From IMG/VR virus record IMGVR_UViG_3300008262_000018, positions 32,001-96,000 of that record: a DNA stretch of 64,000 nucleotides, one strand, 5' to 3'. Source of the DNA: a virus. The position numbers were made by a program, and so were the translations under genes. The notes under the pieces are model-generated. The model did not search any database, was not told where the DNA came from, and saw only the letters and a program-made list of their open reading frames with translations. Below, one piece after another: positions 56,563 through 64,000 of this stretch (position 1 is the stretch's first letter; the number at the start of each line of letters is the position of its first letter).

Positions 56563-57600
56563 TTATAATTCTTCGCCAATATCAGCGGATACATTTCTTG
56601 ATGATCTACGTATATACGCTGTAGAAGTTGTGCTTATAGGTTTTGGTATTTCTACCAATTTTTGTAAACTAAACTCAGCACGCATATATAATAGTTCATT
56701 TTCGTTTTTGGAATTTCTAAGTTTTAAAGGATGTAAATATACTAAATTAGTATCACATGGAAGCTTATCTGGACCATATTGTTTTATACCATTTATACCA
56801 GGTCTAGCCATTGCAATAACGGCATCTGAACCTTGCATAAGAGCATCACCTCCAAATATATCACTACTAGTGGGGTAGTTAGCAATAGATCCTGGAGTTT
56901 TTCTTGAAGCTTCATCAAGAGTTCTGTTAAGCTGGGTGATCATCATAACAATAATAGGAAGCTCATTTTTAAGATTCATGAGCATTTCTACAGTGTTATA
57001 AAGAGTATTTAGCTTTTCTTTCTCATCACTTGCTTGTTTGATAAGCCAGCTATGATCTATAGTGACAATAAGAGGTTTAGATCCCATGTCATCATAATAG
57101 TAGTGAACATATTCTCGTATCTGTTTCCAATTACAAGGTTTGTTAATCTGAAGTCTAAACACTCCTTTACTAGCCAACTCTCTAGAATGTTTTGTAAACT
57201 TTTCTAGGTGTTGTACAGCAAAGTCACTGAGTTGTTCTTTAGTACTCAATACTTGGTTATAGTCTAAAGCCACTTGAGCTGCAAACTCTCTAGAAGCAGA
57301 TTGCTTAGGACCCATCTCAAATTGAAACTCTAATATGTTAAAATGCTGATCTGGATTTTGTTTGTAGCTTTCTCTCAAAATCTGACCTACCATTAGAGTT
57401 TTACCTTGACCAGGTCTAGCTCCTATAGTGAGTAGTGATCCCCATTCTAATCCATTAAGAGTAGCATCATTCAAACCAATCCATGGAGTTTTAAATGATT
57501 TAATTCTTCCATCCCTTCTATCTTTAATATACTGCAAACCTTCTTCGTATATTTCGTGTATAAACTTAGCACCACCAGGTCTGCTATCATTTTTTATCAT
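56563..57600 (-). CDS. dnaB: DnaB-like replicative helicase (C-terminal ATPase domain only)
   Basis: GARPGQGKT, FEMG, IDH, TQLNR, SDIFGGDALMQ. Confidence 0.88.
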   Translation of the reverse strand: MIKNDSRPGGAKFIHEIYEEGLQYIKDRRDGRIKSFKTPWIGLNDATLNGLEWGSLLTIGARPGQGKTLMVGQILRESYKQNPDQHFNILEFQFEMGPKQSASREFAAQVALDYNQVLSTKEQLSDFAVQHLEKFTKHSRELASKGVFRLQINKPCNWKQIREYVHYYYDDMGSKPLIVTIDHSWLIKQASDEKEKLNTLYNTVEMLMNLKNELPIIVMMITQLNRTLDEASRKTPGSIANYPTSSDIFGGDALMQGSDAVIAMARPGINGIKQYGPDKLPCDTNLVYLHPLKLRNSKNENELLYMRAEFSLQKLVEIPKPISTTSTAYIRRSSRNVSADIGEEL

Positions 57601-57815
57601 GATAATACTCTTTTAATTTCTTTTTGAACAGAATCCATAGTTTTTTTAGCTCCTGCTTCAAGTCCTTTAATAAACGCATGTTGTATAACTAATCTAAACA
57701 TATCATATCTAGTTAGTCTTACATCATCATCTTCTTTCTCAATATTAGCAGTGCATCTATTAAAGTATTCTTTTATTGATACTTCTGGTAATAGTTCATC
57801 AATATCTAGTTCCAT
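57597..57815 (-). CDS. Small hypothetical protein
   Basis: Translationally coupled ORF. Confidence 0.55.
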   Translation of the reverse strand: MELDIDELLPEVSIKEYFNRCTANIEKEDDDVRLTRYDMFRLVIQHAFIKGLEAGAKKTMDSVQKEIKRVLS

Positions 57816-58399
57816 TACATTTCATTTAATTCGTTAACAATATTGGGGTTATCTAATAGTTGCTGACAAGTATCAGCTAGCTTTGAAGTGTACGTATTAT
57901 CAGGGTTCTTTTTCTTAATAAAATAGCTACTAGTTTGCATATAGAGATAGTCTGCTTTTGCATATCTAGCTACATAATAATCTGTAGCATCTAGTACGAG
58001 TTCCCATGTAAATTCAGGATAGGTTTTAAAGAACCACACAAACTTGTCCTTTAATTCATTTACTGTTTGTCTAGCCAACTCACCAGATGGAAGACGCTTA
58101 GCTGGAAAGATCTCACGATATTCTTTAATCTTTGTCATAAAATCTTCACCTAATACAGAAGCAGCTACTTTCTTTTTAGTTTTAACAATATAAAGATCTA
58201 GTTCTTCTAGTATTTGTAATGCCTTGGGAGTGAGCACGTTATCATCAGTTATGAGTCCTTTAGCTTGACATATCATAGCTTCTGCGTTCTTATTTATAAG
58301 ACTATCAGGTTGAATACGATATCTACAACAATCAAGGAAGTAGAGCTGATTCATCGTTATCCTGTGCCTGATTGCTACATTCCAGAAGTTTTGGGTCAT
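57815..58399 (-). CDS. Putative replication initiator / helicase-loader-like protein
   Basis: N-terminal wHTH-like segment; YREIFP...YLYMQTSSYFI; lies upstream of dnaB. Confidence 0.45.
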   Translation of the reverse strand: MTQNFWNVAIRHRITMNQLYFLDCCRYRIQPDSLINKNAEAMICQAKGLITDDNVLTPKALQILEELDLYIVKTKKKVAASVLGEDFMTKIKEYREIFPAKRLPSGELARQTVNELKDKFVWFFKTYPEFTWELVLDATDYYVARYAKADYLYMQTSSYFIKKKNPDNTYTSKLADTCQQLLDNPNIVNELNEM

Positions 58400-58853
58400 A
58401 ATTTTCTAATTTTTGTTTTACGTGTTGAAATATCTCTTTATAAAGTTCTATGATTTGAGGGTTTGTTTCCATTAAATTCTTAAATGTGTCTACATTATGA
58501 ATAATAGTACTATGGTCTCTAGAAATTGATCTAGCTATTCTAACAAGAGAGTGACCCATCATTCTTGCTATAAAACAATACACCATTCTCACTTGAACTA
58601 TTTCTCTATACCTTTTTTTACTATCTAGTGGCATTCTAGCTCCATTTTTGAATGGTGTAATTTCTTCAAACCATTCTCTAAGCACTCTTAAGTTTACAGG
58701 TTTAAGATCAGAATGACCTTTCTTTTCTGGATCAATTTCTTTGTGGTTTCTAGAGATAACAACGGGCTCATATCCCATCTTTCTATAAAACAATCTTTTA
58801 AACTCTCCAATGAGTTTAAGTTCTAATCTTTCTTCGTAAGCAATTTCATTCAT
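58332..58853 (-). CDS. Protein with a DnaA C-terminal (domain IV) HTH
   Basis: SKKRYREIVQVRMVYCFIAR..GHSLVRIARSISRDHSTIIH matches the Bac_DnaA_C pattern. Confidence 0.78.
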   Translation of the reverse strand: MNEIAYEERLELKLIGEFKRLFYRKMGYEPVVISRNHKEIDPEKKGHSDLKPVNLRVLREWFEEITPFKNGARMPLDSKKRYREIVQVRMVYCFIARMMGHSLVRIARSISRDHSTIIHNVDTFKNLMETNPQIIELYKEIFQHVKQKLENYDPKLLECSNQAQDNDESALLP

Positions 58854-58902
58854 CAGCGTTAAATTTTAATAGTTAATAATAGGAAAAATCCTTAAAAAAT
58901 TG

Positions 58903-58916
58903 TATATTATATTGTA
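58903..58916 (+). promoter_or_regulatory. Putative phage promoter motif TATATTATATTGTA
   Basis: Identical to 1425-1438, with similar upstream context (TCCT(T)AAAAA(A)TT). Confidence 0.6.
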
Positions 58917-58957
58917 ATCTCCATACTTCTAAGGTTCCGCATGCTGTAAAGGTATGG

Positions 58958-58966
58958 TGTGGATAA
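58958..58966 (-). promoter_or_regulatory. Perfect DnaA box (TTATCCACA)
   Basis: TGTGGATAA on the + strand, in the divergent intergenic region next to the DnaA-domain gene. Confidence 0.55.
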
Positions 58967-59012
58967 GAAACCAACAAATCTTTTTTATGTAAACATCTAT
59001 AATTTTTTAAAA

Positions 59013-59339
59013 ATGGTAAGGGTTAAAAATTCTGCATTAGACGAGGTAAAAGCATGGCTATTTCCATCTATAGTAGGTATTTTAGGCGTAATTATTTGGC
59101 AAGATATTAAGGAAATTAAATCTGACATAAAGTCTCTTATTGCTCAGTCTAATATAGACAAAACCAGGATAGATAATTTAGAAAGAGTTATATATAAAAA
59201 GACAACTTTTACAGAATTTGAAAAAAAAAGCAAGGATTCTGGGAGTAATAGTTTACTCGTAGAATTATATACGTGTTGTTTATTAGAAAATCGTAAGAAG
59301 CGTGTATCACCCGATTCAAGGGAAGATTTGTTAGGATGA
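59013..59339 (+). CDS. Small membrane protein (holin/antiholin-like)
   Basis: Single TM WLFPSIVGILGVIIW followed by a coiled coil; ATG 59013 preferred over GTG 58959. Confidence 0.5.
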   Translation: MVRVKNSALDEVKAWLFPSIVGILGVIIWQDIKEIKSDIKSLIAQSNIDKTRIDNLERVIYKKTTFTEFEKKSKDSGSNSLLVELYTCCLLENRKKRVSPDSREDLLG

Positions 59340-59647
59340 AAAAACTATTTAAATATATAGAACCTTTATGGTTGGGAACCAACAGTAAGATTTCTATAAG
59401 AAGAGTGCTAGCCTTAGTTTTTTCAATAGATTTAGTGAGAAATCTTTCTCACATTATACATAAGTGGGAAATGGGTAAATCATATGCTGATGTTGCTATG
59501 TTACTTGGACTTGAAGCTGCTCTCATAGCAGCTCTTTTATCTTTAACTACATATTCAGCTATGATTAACAAAAAGGTTGATAATCAATCAAATATATCAG
59601 TGGTTAACTCAAGAACCTGCGCCTCGACATCTATTAAAAGCTGTTGA
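59336..59647 (+). CDS. Putative holin
   Basis: KISIRRVLALVF plus a second TM segment; directly before the endolysin. Confidence 0.55.
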   Translation: MKKLFKYIEPLWLGTNSKISIRRVLALVFSIDLVRNLSHIIHKWEMGKSYADVAMLLGLEAALIAALLSLTTYSAMINKKVDNQSNISVVNSRTCASTSIKSC

Positions 59648-60104
59648 GCTTTTTGGTGTTACAGAAAGTGTAGGAAATATTAACAATCCTGTTATTATGG
59701 GATGGGCTAAAGAACTTGGATTAGAGAAAGTTTACACAGCAGATTCCATTCCTTGGTGTGGATTGTATGCTGCTGTTGTTATACATAGAGCTCAAAGACC
59801 TGTTGTAGATCAACCTTTATGGGCTCTTAATTGGAATAAGTTTGGTGTAAGAGTAACAGAACCTATGCTTGGTGATGTTCTTACATTTACAAGAAAATCA
59901 GGAGGACACGTTGGTTTTTATGTAGGAGAAGATGCTACAGCATATCATGTACTAGGTGGTAATCAAGGAGATAAAGTTTGCGTATCGCGAATTGCGAAAT
60001 CAAGATTATCACAAGCAAGACGTCCTCAATATAATTCACAACCTACTAATATTAGGAAAGTGGTGTTAGCATCTAATGGTGCTCTATCTACTAATGAAGC
60101 TTAA
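59577..60104 (+). CDS. TIGR02594-family NlpC/P60-like peptidoglycan hydrolase (endolysin)
   Basis: IPWCGL, GDVLTFTR..GGHVGFY, VLGGNQGD; start codon uncertain. Confidence 0.85.
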   Translation: MIINQIYQWLTQEPAPRHLLKAVELFGVTESVGNINNPVIMGWAKELGLEKVYTADSIPWCGLYAAVVIHRAQRPVVDQPLWALNWNKFGVRVTEPMLGDVLTFTRKSGGHVGFYVGEDATAYHVLGGNQGDKVCVSRIAKSRLSQARRPQYNSQPTNIRKVVLASNGALSTNEA

Positions 60105-60109
60105 ATACT

Positions 60110-60601
60110 ATGGCAAAGAAACGCGCTTTTGTTAGATATACTAAATCTGGGGACATAGTTCCTGGTAGTCTTGTTGTTACAACTAATGGAGGATATCCTG
60201 ATAAGTCTTCTCTTTGGGAAGAAGTTACAGTAAGTAAGTGTTGTCCTGATGTATGTGGTTGTGAAAAAGAAACTATAACTCTACCTTTTCTTATTACTCC
60301 AGAAATAGGTTTTCCTTATTATTCAATACAAGTAATGATTTCGTGTAAAACTCCAGCGCTTGAAGAACGATATATTGCAGGTTATAATCCTGGTTTTACA
60401 ACATTAGAAGATCTTTTTTCTTATTTTAATCAAACTACAGAAAATATTCAAATATCTTTAGCTTCTTTAACTGAAATATCAGTTACTTTTTGTAAACGCA
60501 AAATTGAGTGTTTACATGAAGATGCTCCTTGTTTTGGGTATGTTTTAGGTGTATATATCAATGGTGATTCGTTTGCATCAGTATGTAATATAAATAATTA
60601 A
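60110..60601 (+). CDS. Putative virion protein
   Basis: KRAFVRYTKSGDIVPGSLV N-terminus, Cys-rich linker. Confidence 0.55.
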   Translation: MAKKRAFVRYTKSGDIVPGSLVVTTNGGYPDKSSLWEEVTVSKCCPDVCGCEKETITLPFLITPEIGFPYYSIQVMISCKTPALEERYIAGYNPGFTTLEDLFSYFNQTTENIQISLASLTEISVTFCKRKIECLHEDAPCFGYVLGVYINGDSFASVCNINN

Positions 60602-60612
60602 AATATATAATA

Positions 60613-62193
60613 ATGCCAATTAGAAAAATTAAAGCACAAAGTCCTGATCCTTATTTAGGTAAAATAGCAGGAGACACTGAACTAGCACGTTTAGCCCATC
60701 TTAACTATGTTATTGATGCAATTAATAATGGTGGTGGGGGTGGTTCAATCACTGTTAACGGTAATTCTGATATAACTAATATAACAATTAGTCCTACATT
60801 ATCAACTTCAGTTGGAGGAGGTTCTATAGAACTTACAATTGATCCCTATCCAGGATATAATGTGTATAGAGCTAAAATAGCTACACAAGCTATTGATTGG
60901 CCTGGATATGGTTATTTGTATAATTGGTATGCAGTAGATGATGCAAGAGGGTTAGCTAATCCAGATGGTGGTACAGGATTAACAGCTCCTAATGAATGGA
61001 GAGTTCCTAGTGATACAGATTGGGATACATTAGCAACATTTGCTGGTGGTAGTAGTGTAGCAGGTGGTAAATTAAAATCTACATTAACTTCTACAGCTTA
61101 TCCTTTTTATGGATGGGCTAGTGCTGCAGGAACAAATGATTATAATTTTAGCGCATTACCAGGAAGTTTTCGAGATGAAGGAGGAAGTTTTAGTCCATTA
61201 ATTAGTATTTTAGGAGTTTTTTGGACTAGTAATTCAACAGGTGGTTCTGTAGCAATAGCTCGTATACTTGATGGTTCACAAAATCTTGGTGGTTTTTCTA
61301 TAAATAAAAATAGAGGAAATTCAGTAAGACTAGTAAGAGAAGCTACAGCAGGAGAACTTCTTCTTCCTGATGGAACAACTTCAGATAGTATGTTATTACC
61401 TGTTTATAATGGAAATAATGGGTTTACATATGTTACAGTTAAAATAGGTACGCAAATATGGCTTGCTCAAAATCTTAGAGAGACAAAGTATAACGATAAT
61501 AGTGATATATTTAATGGAACAATGTTTGGAGGTGATACTACTAACTCTTGGTGGCAAGCAAGAGGAGCAGCTCAAGAAGGTGCTTATACAGGTTATTTAT
61601 TTGATGGTACTATTGTAGCATATAATCCAAATACTATTGTTAATTTTTACAATGATGTATTAGAAAATACATTTGAAACTGATCTTATTTGGGTACGCTC
61701 AACTGATGGGTATGGATCATTATATAATGTATCTATCGGTGGTGGATCAAGACCTTGGAATAAAACACATATTAAAGTTACACCTGCTTGGAAAAATGAT
61801 GATCCAAGTATATCTACTGTAGTAAAAACATTAACAGAAAAAAGTCTTGTTGTACAAAATGCAGAAGAAGGATTATATTTTATAAAGTTTTTTCCATTTG
61901 AAAGAGATATTACTGGAGCAGCATCTTCAAAAGATTTAAATAATTACTCTCCAACAGGATTTGATAAAAGTTATGTTTATGTTGAAATTATAGAATATGG
62001 ATCTGAATCGCCTTACTATTACAGTGGACTTTTCTCAGGAATTGGTATTTCAAATCTTGAAGAAGAAGAGCTTCTTACTTATGAAATAGATGGTGTAACA
62101 TATACAGAAGATCCTGAGGTTAAACGTCTCTCTAAGATTTATGTAGAAATATATAAGCAATTAGGCATTGATTTAAACCCTAGTGGTGTATGA
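60613..62193 (+). CDS. Fibre/adhesin-like protein with inserted FISUMP (Fib_succ_major) domain
   Basis: YGYLYNWYAV, WRVPS..DW..L, FSALPG, FWTS, SVRLVR and TVKIGTQIWLAQNL motifs. Confidence 0.75.
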   Translation: MPIRKIKAQSPDPYLGKIAGDTELARLAHLNYVIDAINNGGGGGSITVNGNSDITNITISPTLSTSVGGGSIELTIDPYPGYNVYRAKIATQAIDWPGYGYLYNWYAVDDARGLANPDGGTGLTAPNEWRVPSDTDWDTLATFAGGSSVAGGKLKSTLTSTAYPFYGWASAAGTNDYNFSALPGSFRDEGGSFSPLISILGVFWTSNSTGGSVAIARILDGSQNLGGFSINKNRGNSVRLVREATAGELLLPDGTTSDSMLLPVYNGNNGFTYVTVKIGTQIWLAQNLRETKYNDNSDIFNGTMFGGDTTNSWWQARGAAQEGAYTGYLFDGTIVAYNPNTIVNFYNDVLENTFETDLIWVRSTDGYGSLYNVSIGGGSRPWNKTHIKVTPAWKNDDPSISTVVKTLTEKSLVVQNAEEGLYFIKFFPFERDITGAASSKDLNNYSPTGFDKSYVYVEIIEYGSESPYYYSGLFSGIGISNLEEEELLTYEIDGVTYTEDPEVKRLSKIYVEIYKQLGIDLNPSGV

Positions 62194-63023
62194 TAGAAAG
62201 AGTAGTGTATTCATTATGGACAACTCCTATGGATGGTGAACATGTAGGGTTTAATACAGAGGAAGCATTGTTTAATTGTTTTAAACTATCTCTACATTAT
62301 GCCAAAAAGTGGTTTAAAGAAGTACATTTAGTTACAGATGTGAAAGGAAAAGTTCTTGTAGAAAAACATGGATTAGAGTTTGACAATATAAACACTGATT
62401 TAGAACATGTAATGAAAGGTGTTTATAGAAATCATTGGTCTTTAGGTAAGATATATGCGTGTAAGATACAGGATAAGCCTTTTATGCATATTGATATAGA
62501 TGTTATATGGTTTAAGAAACCTCCACAAAGTATATTAACATCAGATGCTAGTTTTCAATGTATAGAAGATCAGTCTCAAGAATATTGGTATGAGCTTCTT
62601 ATAGATCATGCTGATAAACATTACAAAAACAAACCTTCTTGGTTTAATTGTAAAGAGATAAAAGCATACAATTGTGGGTTTATAGGATTTAACAAACTTG
62701 GTATAGTTAGTGAATGGTGGGATGAAGCTATTAAATATATAAAATATTTAGATAATTCAGGGTTTGATTACAACCATCACTTATCATGCTTGATATATGA
62801 ACAGTTTGCTATATACCACTTGTCTAAATATAGAAAATATCAAGTGGATATTTTATCAAATCACCATTCAAGTTCTAAAGGAAAAGGATGGCTTCCAGAA
62901 GATGCTGCTAAAGAATTAGGATATACACATCTTATTGCTGCTTCTAAAAGAGATAAAAAAATAGAGGATTTAGTTAAAAGAAAACTAGAAAAAATAGATA
63001 AAGAATCATTAATATCTGCTTAA
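62190..63023 (+). CDS. DUF6734-like putative glycosyltransferase (GT-A-like DxD)
   Basis: YSLWT, LVTD, WSLGKIYA...PFMHIDIDV, YNCGFIG, EQ, YTHLI. Confidence 0.65.
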   Translation: MIERVVYSLWTTPMDGEHVGFNTEEALFNCFKLSLHYAKKWFKEVHLVTDVKGKVLVEKHGLEFDNINTDLEHVMKGVYRNHWSLGKIYACKIQDKPFMHIDIDVIWFKKPPQSILTSDASFQCIEDQSQEYWYELLIDHADKHYKNKPSWFNCKEIKAYNCGFIGFNKLGIVSEWWDEAIKYIKYLDNSGFDYNHHLSCLIYEQFAIYHLSKYRKYQVDILSNHHSSSKGKGWLPEDAAKELGYTHLIAASKRDKKIEDLVKRKLEKIDKESLISA

Positions 63024-63024
63024 T

Positions 63025-64000
63025 ATGTACAACGATCCACAAATATTATATCTTCTTAAGAATATAAACAGACAAATCTGTTGTATTAATGGAGGTGATG
63101 CTCCTACTACACCAACAGAAATTACCTTTGCTCCATCTACATCTCAAGATTCTTTTGGAAGACTTAGAGTATCTGAGCCTTTTACAATGTTTGATTCTAG
63201 TCATAGATTTGATGACAATGATCTTTGGTCTACAGCTGTTAATGGAGGCACAGCTACATTTAATGCTAACCAAGGACTTGTAGACTTAACTGTTACAAGG
63301 TCAGCTGATATAATAACTCCTAATTATGTTATTAGAGAAACAAATAAAGTGTTCTCTTACCAACCAGGTAAGTCACTTCTCACTTTAAATACATTTGTTT
63401 TCAATCCTGCTCAAGCTGGTCTTAGACAGAGAGTGGGATATTTTCGTGAAAATGGAATAATAGGGGGTGGAGTGATTACACAATCTAATGGTTTTTATTT
63501 ACAATTAGCAGATAAAAGCTTTGCAGGAGGTACTGTAAATACACTTAGTTTTGTTAAAGCTAGCACTGTAACAGGAACACCTGTATATACAGAAGTTAAC
63601 CAAGCAGATTGGAATGGTGATAAGCTTGATGGAACAGGTCCTTCAGGACTCACTCTTGACATCACTAAAGCACAAATTCTTTGGATGGATATGGAGTGGT
63701 TAGGAGTGGGATCTGTAAGAATGGGATTTGTTATTAATGGACAATTTATTCTTTGTCACACATTTCATCATGCTAACATCATAACTTCTACATACATTAC
63801 AACTGCTTCACTACCACTGCGTTATGATATAATCACTACATCTGGTGCAGGTGGAACAGCTACATTAAAGCAAATTTGTTCTACAGTGATATCAGAAGGT
63901 GGGTATGAACTTAGAGGTAAACAGCAGTCTATTGGTAGACCTATCACTGCACCAATGACATTTGCTGTAGCAGGTACATACTATCCAGTTGTAGGAATAA
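63025..64000 (+). CDS. Virion structural protein, beta-sandwich/lectin-like (partial, runs off the window)
   Basis: ATG at 63025, absent from the ORF track because it has no stop; DSFGRLRVSEP, YQPGKS, WNGDKLDGTG, EWLGVGSVRMGF. Confidence 0.75.
   Translation, partial: MYNDPQILYLLKNINRQICCINGGDAPTTPTEITFAPSTSQDSFGRLRVSEPFTMFDSSHRFDDNDLWSTAVNGGTATFNANQGLVDLTVTRSADIITPNYVIRETNKVFSYQPGKSLLTLNTFVFNPAQAGLRQRVGYFRENGIIGGGVITQSNGFYLQLADKSFAGGTVNTLSFVKASTVTGTPVYTEVNQADWNGDKLDGTGPSGLTLDITKAQILWMDMEWLGVGSVRMGFVINGQFILCHTFHHANIITSTYITTASLPLRYDIITTSGAGGTATLKQICSTVISEGGYELRGKQQSIGRPITAPMTFAVAGTYYPVVGI

Noticed and set aside
48980-57600. Inteins or introns in polB, primase or dnaB
   Set aside because: The proteins have normal lengths, contiguous motifs and no intein splice signatures.
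59221-59229. A9 run in the holin-like gene as a frameshift site
   Set aside because: The ORF reads through to a normal coupled stop/start at 59336-59339, so there is no need to invoke a shift.
60613-62193. Diversity-generating retroelement targeting the FISUMP gene
   Set aside because: No reverse transcriptase and no template/variable repeat pair were seen in the window; one could exist outside it.
63046-63283. Track ORFs 63046-63273 (-) and 63089-63283 (+)
   Set aside because: They overlap the real open frame starting at 63025, which has recognisable phage motifs.
1-64000. Stop-codon reassignment (TAG or TGA), known in some crAss-like phages
   Set aside because: The standard code gives dense, very long ORFs, and TAG and TGA act as real stops (e.g. 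54655, 53047, 24934).
1-64000. tRNA genes, CRISPR arrays, integrase or transposase
   Set aside because: Intergenic regions are short and show no cloverleaf or repeat-spacer pattern; no such protein motifs were found.

Overview
AT-rich segment of a crAss-like (Crassvirales-related) podophage genome, probably infecting an environmental Bacteroidota host, read in the standard genetic code. There are three transcription blocks. (1) + strand 36-46213: methyltransferase, glycosyltransferase and phosphoesterase, then an IHF-like gene, tail ring genes and the tail-stabilisation/muzzle gene, then a very large internal-virion (cargo) region with a 4275-aa virion RNA polymerase polyprotein (DFDID motif). 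(2) - strand 58853-46243: replication module (DnaA-domain protein, DnaB, AAA ATPase, SSB, primase, HNH, PD-(D/E)xK exonuclease, PolB, dNMP kinase, SPL-like radical SAM). (3) + strand 59013-end: lysis and fibre-like genes. Terminase, portal and capsid genes are not in the window. The most striking unexplained structure is at 10335-24934. Five cargo ORFs are punctuated by a recurring K-[AYFM]-x-x-G-G linker, often followed by a conserved F-x-x-T-x-x-[TS]-T-x-P-S tag. These linkers separate unrelated modules (ART-like, two HExxH zincins, a beta-barrel-like module, hydrophobic helices, a peptidoglycan-binding-like domain), which suggests a protease-processed, virion-delivered effector polyprotein system. 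Also notable: a perfect DnaA box beside a DnaA-domain gene, a circularly permuted FISUMP insertion, a possible antisense sRNA, a repeated phage promoter motif and an A9 frameshift site. All product calls come from motif recognition only; no database searches were run.
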